A program made the position numbers and the translations under genes. From positions 70,620,001-70,684,000 of the forward strand of contig NC_045696.1 in assembly GCF_009834535.1 (NCBI RefSeq): DNA of 64,000 nucleotides, written 5' to 3'. This document shows positions 48,801 through 61,610 of the stretch, piece by piece. This DNA is from Camelus ferus. Its lineage: Eukaryota. Every line of letters begins with the position of its first letter. The stretch's first letter is position 1. Under the pieces are notes generated by a model, which ran no database searches, was not told the DNA's origin, and saw only the letters and a program-made list of their open reading frames with translations.

Positions 48801-50419
48801 CAGAAGCAGTGCTCAAGTCACGCTAGGACCTTGTTGTGATGCTGCCATGTGACTGCACGCGGCTCTGCCACCGCCCGCAGCCTGCGCACTTCTTCTCTCT
48901 GCGTAGCCTGAATGCTGTTCATGGTGTCCTTTTTTCAGGAATATTTCTCAGATGTTTCCTCTTGTTTAGATGTGGGCCTGACACCAGAAGGCTCCACAGA
49001 TACTGCCCACCTAAAACAGACCTTGAGTCAGATCCTGTGAAAGTCAGGAGGCTGAGGGCAACTTGGAGCTGATTCACCACCACTCAGTGGGGAAGATGCT
49101 GGTGTCTTGGTCAGGGAAGAGCAGGTGACTCAAGGTAGAACTTTCTGGACACAGGAACTGTGATCACTCATCCTTCCAATTCCATCTCCTTGGCTTCACG
49201 GATCCAGATCCTGCCCCGCCCCCACCACCTCCAGACTACCTTCTGATCCCACTGCCTAGAAATCAAACAGTGTGGCAAGCATGATTCACCAACCATGTGA
49301 CCTCATTTTCGCCATCTGGAAAATGGGTCTAATCCTCTCTGAGCTGCCTGCCTTATAGGACTAATATGAGGAGAGTTCCCTGGGCCAAGGATGCAAGAAT
49401 GCTTGATGACTATGTTGTGCCAAGGTAATGAGCTGTCGAGAGGCCCTTTCAAGGGAATGTTTTAAGATGCCTTGGGGAGGAGAGGAGAGGGGGCTGGTGG
49501 CTGCTCTGCACTGGCTGTGAGATAAGTCGTGGGGGACCCTAGGTGCCACTTCCTTCCAGACCCAAAGTTCCAAAGCTGGATAGAAAGTGTTTCTTGAACA
49601 TGGGTATTCAAGAGAACAGCTCTTGGTTTTCTGATACAAAGCATCCTCCTTCAGAAAAAGCTACCCCCCAACAAAAGCACAAGGCCAGACAGTGGGGGAG
49701 TCACTATCTTCCCTCAGCCCATGGCTTGGCTGTTGCCCTCTTCCAAGTGTCTCTGGATTCTCTGGATGGAGGTATGGGGCTGGCCTGGGAAGGTGACACC
49801 CACCCAGACCACAAAGGAGCATGGCTAGAAGAAAACAATCTCCCTCTAATTAGGAAGAAGTCAGAGTTGAGCTACCAAGAGGCTGCATGTCCCCTTCCCA
49901 GGGGGCCCTCTGAATGGAGAAAGGGGAGATGGCCCAGTCCCCCAGCACAGCAGGCATCCAGCAGGAACAAGAGTGAGGCCAGGGTTGGGCCCACTGGCCA
50001 TCTCTGGCTTGAGTTCCCTGCTCACATGCTGGGGTTGTGGAGAAGAAACAGGCTAGAGTTCTCTGGGGAAGTAACCTAGGAATAACCCACATCACCATAG
50101 CCTTTGGGGGCTTCCCTCATGGGGGCTGGGATAGGTCGATCAACCCCAGAGTCCCAGACACAAGGACAGGTTCTTCACATGCATGGAGAAGGCTGAGATC
50201 GACAGAGACTCTGTCCATGCCCCTGACTTTTAAGTGTTCCCCAGCCTGAAACAATGTCCTAACTCATCAGCCTGGGGTTTGTGTCTTTCCTTTAACTCGA
50301 CCTCTCCTATCCCTCCAACCAGATCCAGATCACACTCCCAGACAGCCGGCCAGTATGACTTTTGTTGGCCCTCCGTGTAGAAGGACCTCCATAGCCCTGC
50401 TCACCTTCCTTGGTTCAGT

Positions 50420-50640
50420 GGCCATGAACATAGGCTCTGGAATCAGACTGTCTGGGTTCAAATCCCAGGTCTATCACTAACCAGCCCTATGACCTTGGGC
50501 AGCTGACTTAACCTTTCTGGGCCTCCAGTCTCCCTGGTATTTGGGGGTGATAGCAGGACTCACCTCATAGCCTTGCTGGAAGAATTAAGTGTGTTAATAT
50601 GTGCTCAGCATAGCATTTGCCACCCAATGAGCCCTACATC
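50420..50640 (+). mobile_element. MIR SINE
   Basis: aggctctggaatcagactgtctgggttcaaatccc..tgaccttgggcagctgacttaacctttctgggcctc. Confidence 0.8.
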
Positions 50641-50949
50641 TGTGCTGGCTCCTTTTGAAAATCCCACCCATTGCCTTTTCAAGACTGGGCTTCAGATCTA
50701 TTTTTGAAGGCCTTCCCGGACTGCTCTCTACTCTGCTGCCTTCTCCACAGTTGCTCTGTCCCTTGTCATCTTGGTTCTCCCCTTGTTTCCTGGTCATATA
50801 ACAGCTTATGTAAACTCATGGGACAAGCTAGCTGGCCTTAATCTTTCCTGGGAGGCTTCAGTCCTCCACCTGCCTGGGCTTGCGATCTTCTCTACAAAGC
50901 CATGTCCCTCTCATCTGCTCAAAACGCACGCCCTTCGTGAACCACGGCA

Positions 50950-51180
50950 CAGCAGGAGAAGCACACGCTCTGGGTTTGAATCCCAGCTGAACCTGCATAG
51001 CTGTGTGACCTAAGGCAAGTTACCTAACATCTCTTAGTTTCAATTTCCTGATGTGTCAAATGATGTAAGGACCCCTCCCTCAGAAGATGGAGAGGATAAT
51101 GTGAAATAATGACCCCTGTATGCCTAATGGAGGCAGTGCTAGGGGCAGTGCAGGCACACAGTAGGTGCTCAATAATGTTT
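50950..51180 (+). mobile_element. MIR SINE
   Basis: ctgggtttgaatcccagc..tagctgtgtgacctaaggcaagttacctaac..ggcacacagtaggtgctcaataatg. Confidence 0.75.
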
Positions 51181-51307
51181 CCCTTCTCTCCTCCCAGCCT
51201 GCTCTGAGAGCATAGTCTTGTCTCTGCACTCTAGTCCTGAACCATCTTTATAGCCACATTAGTTTATCTCTATATGTTCTTGGATCTTAATCATGCATTG
51301 GTCACTC

Positions 51308-51900
51308 TTTCATTCATTTGATATTTATTGAGCATTTCCTATTTGTCTGATGCTGTGCTAGGCCCTGTGGATGGCTGAGACCAAATCCTTGCCCTAAGGA
51401 ACTCACTAAAGTTGATAGGGTCAAATATAAGTGCAGATAATCCTAGGGTCTTGTGGTAAGTGATATAGCGGGGGTGTGTATACAAAGTGTTCTCGATCAC
51501 AGCCTGTGGAGTGCCTGACGCTAATTTGGGCAATCAAGGGCCTGAAACCCAACTGAGTGAAACCCACTGATGGAGCCCGTGCGGTGTGTCACGGCAAGGG
51601 GAACTCAGGATGAAGAAGATAGTGCCTCTGTCCTCAAGGAGTGCAGGGTCCGGTGGGGAAGACAGACAAGAGGATGTGAGGATGAAACCAGGTGGAGGGT
51701 GCCTGTGTGCCCAGGGGTCTGTCATGCAAGAGGGGGACAGCTAAGGATGGAAGCAAGGGAGACGTCCTGGAGGAGGTGACATCTAAGACTGGAAGGACAA
51801 GTAGGAATTGGCTAAACAAAGGAGAGATGGAAGGTCTGTCCAGGTGGAGGGAAATAGTGCAAAGTCTGGGAGGAGTGAGGCCAGGTGGAAGGCTCAGGGC
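51308..51900 (-). mobile_element. L2 LINE fragments
   Basis: ttcattcatttgatatttattgagcatttcct (reversed tail)..tgccctaaggaactcac..cctggaggaggtgacatctaagactgg. Confidence 0.65.
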
Positions 51901-53002
51901 ACTACAGTACTTCCATGTGGTTGGATGCACATACAGAGGCTCAGAGCTTCTAGCAAGCTCTCCCTTTGTCCCTTTTCTCCCCCAACATCCTTTCTCTGGT
52001 CAGACTTCTCAGTCTCACCTCTAGGGGCCCCCTTATCCCATAGGTGCCAGCACCTCTGCTGACCTAGGTCGGGAGCAACACAGCCCAGGGTCTTCCTAAG
52101 GGCTGGGGAAGCTATGGAAGGGGGACAGGGAGGGGACACATGTGGTGTGAGGCTGAGCTGGAAAGAGGGGAGGATTGCTCCCCACACAAGGACACTGACC
52201 GATGGCCAGGGCTGGCCTTGGCTGTGGTTAGCCCAGCTGCTAGAGATCAGGAAAGAGCCTGCTTCCTCAGCTAAGGCTTCCCCACCCCCAGCCCCCCTGC
52301 TCTGTGTTAGGTATCCTCCTCAGGCTGGCTAATTTGGTCAAGGTGAAGGTCCCCTTCACCGTCCTGGAGTTTTACCACGCAGCCAGCAGGCCACAGGGAC
52401 ACCCAGCAAGCCCCACATCCGCTAAGGGTCAGGTGCGCGGTCGCCACGCTCAGCCCCACCCTTGCACACTCCCACGTGCTGTCTCCTCTCCCACGCATGA
52501 ACTCACAGCACCCACACTCAGGCACACACTCTCACCACACTTACCACACATCTGCTCACCGACACACACCCGCACACAGAAGGGCAAAGCTTACTTCTGT
52601 CCTGAAAGTTCCCTTTGGGAAAGACCAGCCCCTGGGAAGGTTCTGGGTCTCCAGCCCAGGGACGTGAAGCCCCGTGCCAGAGAACCCCGGTATCTCTCAC
52701 CGAAAGGGTACCAAAGGGTACCAAAGGGTTAAGAGAGAACATTTCCAGGGAGTTTGCCTCTTAATCAACACAGTTAATTCTTTTCCTTTTACAAACATAA
52801 ATTCTTGGCAGTCAGTAACCAAGAAAGAAAGGGGTAAGAAAAAATCTTAACCCAACATTAGTCAAATCTTTGCCTCTTCCTAGTTTTTTTTTTCTTTTTT
52901 CAAGTTAAAACCCAGGGGAATTCAAAGCAATGCGCGAAATCCCAGCCCAGATGGAATGTTTTTGCTAATATACGTCTGCAAGTTATTTAAATGTATGTTT
53001 AA

Positions 53003-53024
53003 GTGTGCGTGCGTGCGTGCGTGC

Positions 53025-53081
<57 letters not shown>

Positions 53082-53139
53082 AAGGAGAATATGAGAGGGA
53101 GAATATGAGAGCGAGCGAGTACAGCTGAGTGGAGTGATG

Positions 53140-53207
<68 letters not shown>
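53003..53207. repeat. Compound microsatellite: (GTGC)n(GT)n(GA)n, short spacer, (TG)33
   Basis: Read directly: alternating purine-pyrimidine 53003-53046, GA run 53047-53074, TG run 53142-53207. Confidence 0.97.
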
Positions 53208-53208
<1 letters not shown>

Positions 53209-54459
53209 CTGGAGCAGACAGCGGAGCAGAGGAGTCACCAGCAGCTCTGCCTGAGCCCAGCTGTCCTGCAGCCCCCACTCACAAGTCTAGACCTGAAGCA
53301 GGACATTACCCAGGACTGTCCTTGTCCTTCAGCCTAGGGTCTCCTGGAACAACAGCCCCTGTCCCTGCCCCTCAGCCCCAGGGTGGCCTGAGTGACACAT
53401 TTGCAAACCATATATTTTCTTGCCCTTTTTTTTTTACTATTTAGCTAGATTTGGGGCTGGAGTTTCCAGGCCTGGAGGAGAGAGACAGTTGAGAGGACCC
53501 CCCCAACAACAGCACCCCGCAACACACAAGGACCCTGCCTGGATTGGGAATCAGGGCTTAGGCTCTGTTCCTGGCCTCTTGCTGTCTCCTCTCAGAGCTC
53601 TCTCATGATCTGCAGACCCCCTGGCAGTCTGTCTCTACTTTGACCCCCACCCTGCTCAGAGTCCCCCTGGATGACAGGCCTGACCCTCACCCACAGACTC
53701 CCCTGAGCAAGTCTCCCCACCTCCACCCCCAGAGCAGGGTGCAGGGGCTTTGCAGACAAACCCCTCAGCCCCAACCTGCCCCTAGCTCTCTCTCCTCTGC
53801 TCCCTTCTGAGCTGACTTTAATTCTTTTCCCCTTTCCTCTGAAGTCGCTCCTCTGGCTCTGTAATCAGCTGTGTGGGTTCCAACTCCCTGATTTCCAGGG
53901 GGAGATTAAGCCGCTTTCTCCATCTAAAGTCACTTTGGATGCCTGGGCCACCCCATGGGCTGGTCAGACCCTTCTCTGGCGACGGGCCTGCTCTCACTCT
54001 TTTGAGCCCTGGCCCACCCTGAGTCCTGGGCCTTCCACAAGGAACTTCCCATGCCCCTGCCTTGCCCTGGCCCCCCAGAGATTCCAGCCCTCCCATCCTT
54101 TCCCCTTCACACACAGGCCTCTCCACATCTCTAGCCAGGCCCAGAGCCTGGAGTCCACCTCCTCTATCACCAGCTTTAGGGGATGGGGCAGTGCTCAGGG
54201 TCTGGAATCTGCAGACAGAATCCTCACTCTGGTGGCCAACCCCACCCCCCTTCTCCTCTGCCTTCTCTGCTCCTCCTGCCCACTCTTGCCCTCAGAGGGC
54301 CTTTTCCTGAGAACATAGACATCCACGGTCCCCCGGGTGATGAGGGGACCAGAACGACGGGCTCTCTACTCCCTGAGTGGATCCCCTACCCTGCTTGTCT
54401 TCTGCTGGAAATGGCTCAGGGGCTGTGCTCAGCTGAGCCCTGGCCTGAGACAGAGCAGA

Positions 54460-54500
54460 ATGGGGTGAGAGGCATGGGGTGAGAGGCATGGGCTGAGAGG
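54460..54500. repeat. 14-bp tandem repeat (x~2.9)
   Basis: ATGGGGTGAGAGGC ATGGGGTGAGAGGC ATGGGCTGAGAGG. Confidence 0.85.
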
Positions 54501-54834
54501 GAGGGGGGTGTTGGAGAGGGGGACAGAGACAGTCCAAGAAAAAAGTAAAAATGAGTTCTGAATTACGTGCTATTTGAGCTTGTCTCCATGTGCAGCCAGA
54601 GGGTGGTGGTAAAGCTTAGATCTGACTTTTCAATAAGGAAGAAAGGAGTTGCCTTGAAAGGGATCCCTGAGACAGAAAGAGGGAAGGAAGACATTCTTTG
54701 GGAAGTGTCCTAGAATGCCACATTGTCAGGGCTTCCATTTTTTTCTGAGATGGCTTGGGGCCTTGGGCCCCACCCAGGGACCCTGGCTTCCTAAGGCCTG
54801 AGATGCCTGGAGGACTCTTGGGTCTATCTTGGTC

Positions 54835-54975
54835 TGAGGGCTTCAGAGAGTCCACGAGTCCCCTGACATTGTATGCAAAATCTTGTGGCTATGAAGACTA
54901 TTATGAGGGGAGAACTTCATGTCCTTAATCATGTTCTCAAAAGAGCCTCTCACCTCAAGAAGTTGAAGACTACTG
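54835..54975. mobile_element. hAT-Charlie MITE fragment (MER103-like)
   Basis: gggcttcagagagtccacgagtcccctgacattgtatgcaaaat...ttctcaaaagag...aagttgaagactactg. Confidence 0.6.
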
Positions 54976-57900
54976 GATTACAGGTTAACACGAAGGTGAC
55001 ACTTGAAGCTGGCCAGAGTGACCCAAAAGACAGGGCCAGAGTGGAGCCAGACCTCTGGCTGAACCAAGCAGACTGAGTGAGTCTGAGGAGCTGACCCGCA
55101 CTTCCAGGCATGTGTGTAGGGGCACGGAGGGGTTCTGGAGATGACCTGGGTGCCTGGAGGCCTCACTGTAAAGCAGATCTCTGATGGGTGAGATCTCATG
55201 GCTCACATGACACACCTACACTGGGCTGAGCAGTTTGTGGACTTTATCTGCTGGGAACTGGCAAGTACTAGCTGGTGAGATGGCAAAGGTGACCCAAGCT
55301 GAGCCTAAGGTATCCCTGGGGTACAGTGAAAAGTGCACAGAAGGATCTGAACCCATAACTTTCACAATGTGGACAATGTTCACCTGTCTCAGAGTAAACA
55401 TTGAGTCCACTCTTCAAGTGGCTGTGTGTGTGTCCAGCACAGACATGGGCAAGTCAGAGGAATCACAGAAAAAGAGAGGGAAGGTCATCAATACCAAAGG
55501 GACAATGTGGAGGAAAAGACAGTTTAGCAAAAAATGCCGTTAGCTCAACCCCGCACTAACCAAGCTTTTGGACCTTTCTGTGTCCAAAATGAAATGACGA
55601 GGTTGGGCTGAAGGGTATCTGAGGGCACCTTCAGTATTGCCACCTCAAGTTTTTAAGAAATGCCTCCTCCTGTCCCCTCCCTGGAGCCCTGTGTCGGGTG
55701 GGGGTAGGGGGGTTGGAGAGGAGATTATCCAAAAGCTCAGGGAGCTTTCTCCACTGCCCCTGCCTGTGCTCTGAGACAACCTACCTACGTTCCTCCCACA
55801 AAGTCAATTTCCCTACAAAAGAGGCTGTGGGAACAAGGAGGGGGTTCCTCTTTGTTTTTTGATTTGTTGGCTTGCTGGCTTTTCTGATCAAAGGATAGGG
55901 AGTGGGGAGCCTGGCTGGGACAGGTGAGCAAGGAACATCCTGGACCAGGGGTGCTGGCTCCCTGGGCCCTGTGAGGAAGGGAGGACCCTCCTCTATTCTA
56001 GGACAGACACACTGTCACTGCCACGCTGGGTAACCCCTCGAGCTCCCTTCATGGCTCCGAACACTTTCTTCTACCCAGTGCCTGCCTGTGCGGTTTATAA
56101 GCATGTGTCTATAGGTATGTGCGTATAAATATAGATGGATGGATATAAATCAAGAGTTTATGAGGTGGTGGCAACCCTCCTGCCTGTGACAGCCAAGCCA
56201 CTGCCAGGGCTTCCAAGAGGGCAGCTCCCCGTCTCTCCCGACAGGTGTCCCCCGTCACTTCCGCCTGTGACTCCTTCTCCCCAGCTCCCCTGCATCAAGC
56301 TGTCACCAGCACCAACTCCTCCCTCACTCTTCCTCCCCGCAGCAGGCTGTTGCTATATCCTCACTTCTTCCTCCACAGCAACTCTGAAATCTGTTCCTTT
56401 CTTGGTGTCCGCCCCCTCCATCAGCATCCCCCTCGTGTGTCCCTGGCTCTCCTGCCTCTTGTCTCTGCTTTTTTTTGCTTTTCACCCTCTCTGACTTTGT
56501 GCTTTGCCTGCTCTTTGTCCATCTGTCTATCTCTCTCCCTCCATACTTGTTTTATGTGCAGCCCTGTCTCCTGGCCCCGCTGAATCCCCATGACCCTCTC
56601 TCTCAATCGGCCTCTCTCTCTCTGGTTGTACGTGTCTCTTTATCTCTCCATTCTCTCTCTCGACAAGTCACAGCCAGAAACTCCTTGGGGAAGCAGTATT
56701 TCTAGCCTCCCTCTTCTTTATAAGCTCACTGTCAGGATGACTTCTCACCTGGCCTCGGCTCGGAGCAGAGCATTGTAGAGGCAGCACAGTGCGGGGGCAG
56801 GGAGGGGGGTGTTTGGGGAAGACGACCCCATTGGTCTGGGAGAACCAATGGGCCATGGGAAGAACAGCTGGGCCAGAGGAGCCAGTGATGCATCCTGGTC
56901 TGTTACTATAACAAGTGGCAGGCCTGGCTCATTTGCATGTCAGGTCTCTTTTACATAAATCTGCATGTCACGCTGGAGGCCCTGGAGCCAGGTAATGCAA
57001 AACGATGCAAAATAAATTAATCAGTGTGCCCTTCTGCAGGTGCAAGCCAGCCCTATCTTCCAACTGACAGAGCAAACCCAGAAGGACTGGTGTCCTTAAA
57101 TAGGGTGCGGGTGGAGGGCGGGGCAGGAGCAGGGCGCTGGCCTGGAACAGGCAGGCTCCAGCTCAGGCTGTGGAAGGCCCAAGGGGCAGTCTGCTCTCCA
57201 GCCTGGCTCCAGGGTGGCCCTGAGAGATGGCAGAAGATGGACTGTGAATCCAGCCTGGACCACAGCCTCATCCAGGGCCAGACTCCAGAGCTGGGAGAGG
57301 GGGGATTTAGGGCTCACCTTGTCCAGAGGGGAAACTGAGGTGCAGGGAGTAGGGGAGGGACTTTTCCAAGATTACTCAGCTCTCTATGTCTGGGTCCAGA
57401 GCAGAAGCCTGCACTTCCATCTCTCAACAAAGTGACCTCTTTGTTCCTTATCACTGGCTAGAAGTGGGTGAATTTCCCTCATCCATTTGGGGGGTCTCCA
57501 GTGACTTTGGGGGAAATTAGAGGTGTCAGTCTATACTTCTTCTCCACCCTGGCCTTTGGGAGGACTGCCTCTGTGCTAACCACCTTGGGATGCCTTAACC
57601 ACCTTGGGGTGCCCTCCAGAACTCTCTAACTCCCTGACCCAGACATGGAGCCCTAATCCCCCTTTAGGAAAAGGCAGCATGGGAAAGAGGTAGTAGCCGG
57701 TCTCCCTCTGCATTCTCCAGCCTCTGGAAAGTGTGTCTTCTTGTCTCCCCTCTGGATTGGGAGATGGTTCCCAAAGCCCCATAGTGTAAGAGAGGCCCCT
57801 TCATGTGAAAGAGGGTTGGGGAGCAGGGTCGCCAGCACCAGATCTTGCCCCAGGCCCGGCTCTGCTTCTCCTGTGACAGGCCAAGGTGAACCAGCTGTGG

Positions 57901-58094
57901 GACCCCAGGCACTCCCCAAAATCTCACACCCTCTCCAGACACAACCCGCAGTTTGTTTAAAGAGGACCCATAGCAAATCACATCTGTGCCAACTAGGACT
58001 GCTCTCATCCTCCTCTGCTGCGGGAAGCTGGCCAACGAAGCTCCATCCCGCCCCGGAGAATGCAGGCTGATTGAGATGGCATCTCAAGGGGCAG

Positions 58095-58345
58095 GGCACC
58101 CAGTGGTTAAAAGCAATGAGCCACATCTCCGCCTGCATAGTGGTGCCACCACTTAACTAGCTATGTGACCCAGGGCGAGACACCCGGCTTCTCTGACCTG
58201 AGTTTTCTCATCTATAAAATATGAGTGGTAAGAGTTCCTACCTGGTAGGGTTACTCTGAGGCTTAAATAAGACAAAGCGTGCCCAGCACCCCACACAGTG
58301 CCTGGCACAGAGGAAGCATCTATAAATGGTAGCCATTATGATTAC
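58095..58345 (+). mobile_element. MIR SINE
   Basis: cagtggttaaaagc..actagctatgtgacccagggc..agttttctcatctataaaat..cacagtgcctggcacagaggaagcatctataaatggtagccattat. Confidence 0.8.
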
Positions 58346-59379
58346 TCTTGCAAATTAAGGTATCACAACCAGGCCAGCCTAGGGCAGAGGAAGGTGGTGG
58401 GAAGCAGGAATAAGTGCAGGCAGAGTCTCTCTCCCACTGCCCTTCCTCCTCCCATCATCTCTCCTGTCCCCTCCCTCCAATCCAGCCTCCACATTTGCAC
58501 CAGAGGGAACAAAAGCGTACTAAAACACACAGGTTGTCATGCCACTTCCTTGCTTTAAATCCTTTCTGGCTCCCTATTGCTCTTAGGATAAAGCCCAAGC
58601 TCCCTGACATGGTCTTATAAGGCTTTTTGCGATCTGGCTCCTGCGTATCCCTGAGCCTCATCTTTCGGCCTCTCAAACCTAAGCTTTGGGACCACAGTCA
58701 GACATGCATGTTGGCTCTCACCTCCAGGCCTCTGCATGGGTTGCTTCCTGACCTCAGCTACTCACCTGCTCTCCAGTTACCTTAGAAGGTGCTTGCTCCA
58801 GAACTCTCCCACTCTCCTGGCTAAGGATTGAAAGGGTAGGGCTTATGGAGCTCCTTGTCCCAGGAGGGTTTTCTGAGAGGTCCAAGCAGTAGGGATGTCA
58901 AAGATGATCTAGTCCCACTTCTCCTCTGGGAGAGGAGAAACCCAGGCCCCCAGAGAGAGGGGATTTCTTCTAGGTTCCCTGCACCCCCTCTCCACACTAG
59001 CACAGGAGGAAATCAGTGACCCTCTAATCAGTGACCCCTTCTCTGACACCAAGGACCTCTCATCCTAATTCATTTGCATTTAATCATTTAATCATCTCTC
59101 CCAGGGAGAATGAATAAACAGAAAAGCCTTGGGGACCCAAAGGAATGAAATCCAAGCCCCAAGAGACCACAGGAATGTGTGTATTTGGGGGCTAGGGCTA
59201 TTTTAGAGTGCCTTTCAACCATCCCCACCATGTCACTATCTCCTTTCCCTCTTTATCAGATTCTGGTCTGCCTCACCTGCCAAGTGAGCAGAGCTTGTGA
59301 CCAGGGAACCGAGGGGCAAAGGAGGCTTCCTGGGTAGCTGCTAATTTAAAGTGAGAACCAGTCAAGGCCACCACTGGAG

Positions 59380-59560
59380 TGTGGAAATCAAACAGGTTCT
59401 GGAGTCAGAAAACCTGAGTTCAAATCCCACTTGCTAGCTGTGTGAAAGGGCAAATCAGTTAACCTCTCTGTACCTCAGTCTCCTCAACTATAAAATGGGG
59501 GTTCCCAGCTGTCATGAGGGTCATGTGAACTGACAGATGTGAAAGTACCTCCTAAACAGG
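59380..59560 (+). mobile_element. MIR SINE
   Basis: ctggagtcagaaaacctgagttcaaatccc..tagctgtgtg..aacctctctgtacctcagtctcctcaactataaaatgggg. Confidence 0.8.
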
Positions 59561-60569
59561 TCAACATTCAACATGCATTCTTCTTAATGAGATGCTGGAG
59601 CGCAGGAAAGTTCTCATTAGGAACCAGTCTCCAATACTCAGAGTTGACTGCTAACTTACCTCTCTGCTCCTGCTTCCATTCTGCACCTAATCTTTTATGG
59701 ACTGAAAAGTGTTGGGCTTATAAATATTTGTTCCTCATAGTCAGACTTTCCCGAGTGTTATCAGCCTGGCTGATAAGATAATCCTGCCCTGTGGGGCGAG
59801 CTCTGGCACCTGGCGTTCTGCATTGCAGGTGACCTCTCACACTTAACTTTTTAATACCTAACAAGTCAATACAGAGGCTCTCAGCTTACAGGCTGAAGGG
59901 GAGGGGCTGGCTAAGGGGGCCTCCGAAATTAATTCTCTTTGTTTCTGAATCTGATGTCTAGAGTTGACCGGAGACTCCAAGTTAACACCTTTCATGCGAG
60001 ATGGTGACTGGTTCTCCACTGGCTCCACTAAACTCAGAACGAAAATGGTTTTGAAAAGACTAGAAGTGAGCGCCCTTCTCCTTTAATTAAGTGCAAAATC
60101 TCCATATCTATTTCAGCCTTTGAAAAGTGAAACCTGGGAAGGCAGGTTCCCCAGGCAGAGATGAGGTGTGGGGAATTAATATTCCATCTCCATTTTTCCT
60201 GTGTAATTTGATAAGTTGACTAAGCTTATCAGGGGGACCCGGGCTGCATTTAGCCACTGGGTGAGTCGGCCTCACGCTATACATTAGAGCAGTTGACCTG
60301 CCAGGCCAGGTGAATCAGGGTTAAGGTGAAGAGCTGGGACCCATCTTACCTTGTTTGATCACCTGTTATCATTTGGTGACATGTCCCTCCTCCCTCAAAC
60401 GTTCTAGCTGGATCCTCAGAGTCCTGAGTGCAGCCTGAACTGCACCTGCCCCTCTGTGCTCTGAGTCGTGGGCCCCACAAAGCCCTGCTGTCTTCCACCT
60501 CTCCCAGCCACAGGCAGGATGCACCTGAGCAAGGACTGACATGCTGGTATTAAATAGAAGAGGAGTGGG

Positions 60570-60713
60570 GAGAGGGTATAACTCAGTGGTAGAGCATGTG
60601 CTTAGCATGCATGAGGTCCAATCCCCAGTACCTCAATGCATGAGGTTCAATCCCCAGTACCTCCATTAAACAAATAAATAAACCTAATTACCTCCCCTCC
60701 CCCACCAAAAAAA
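60570..60713 (+). mobile_element. tRNA-derived SINE (Vic-1-like) with internal 29-bp duplication
   Basis: gagggtataactcagtggtagagcatgtgcttagcatgc... tail aaataaataaacctaattacctcccc. TSD AGA[A/G]GAGGAGTGGG at 60556-60569 and 60714-60727. Confidence 0.9.
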
Positions 60714-61309
60714 AGAGGAGGAGTGGGTAGAGGAGGAAGCAAGAGAAAGGGGGAGGGGGGAAAAGGAGGAGGAGGAGCTATTCTGGGACCACCCCAGCCC
60801 TGTACCTCCAGGAAGAAAATCCACTGCCTGGACTAGCTGCGTCCCAACCCCTAGCAGATCCTCCTTCCCACCCTCCTCCCACCCACTCGCTCTCCCTCCT
60901 CTGGCCAGAGGGCAACCCCAGGGCCACTTTCTCCGGAACTGAGGGTTCTCAAGGAATCTGTTCCACAAAAATAAATTCTCATAGAAAACTTCTGGAAAAA
61001 AAATCCTTGGAACCCAGTGTGGGAAACGTTGCTCTGGGTGGTCATCTCTTTTTGAACATCCACTGAGCTCCTGCTCATCCCCACAAGAAGCCCTTGGGAG
61101 GCAGGAGGATACCAGTATAGAATGTCTCCCCCCATAATACTACAGCTGGAAGGGATTTTTGAGATCAATGAATCCATTCCCTCTTTTTTACAAATGGTCA
61201 GATTGAGGTTCAAGGAGGGAAAATAATCTGTCCAATGAGTTCTCACAACTGAGGAAGGGCCAGTTGGGCTTCATTGGGGATTTGCTAGTTGGAGTGGGTT
61301 GTGTATCAC

Positions 61310-61610
61310 GGTCCAGGGGCTCTGGAGTCAGAGGGACCTGAGTTCAAATCTTGGCTCAGCTGTGAGACTTGGCCAAGTTATAAAAACTTCTTTGTGCCTC
61401 AGCTTTCTCATCTATAGAATGGGATAACAATAACAACCTCACAGGGTTGATAAATGAGCTAACATATGTTACGTGCCTGACGTGTATCACTCTAGAACCT
61501 AAGCTCCCTGAAGGCAGTGGCTTGGTGTCATTTACTGCTGTATCCTCAGCGCCGAGAACATGCCCTGCCTGGAGAAGCAGTGAATACCCGTATACTAGAC
61601 AATGAATGCA
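61310..61610 (+). mobile_element. MIR followed by an L2 3' end
   Basis: ctctggagtcagagggacctgagttcaaatc..cctcacagggttg; then taagctccctgaaggcagtggcttggtgtcatttactgctgtatcctcagcgcc. Confidence 0.75.
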
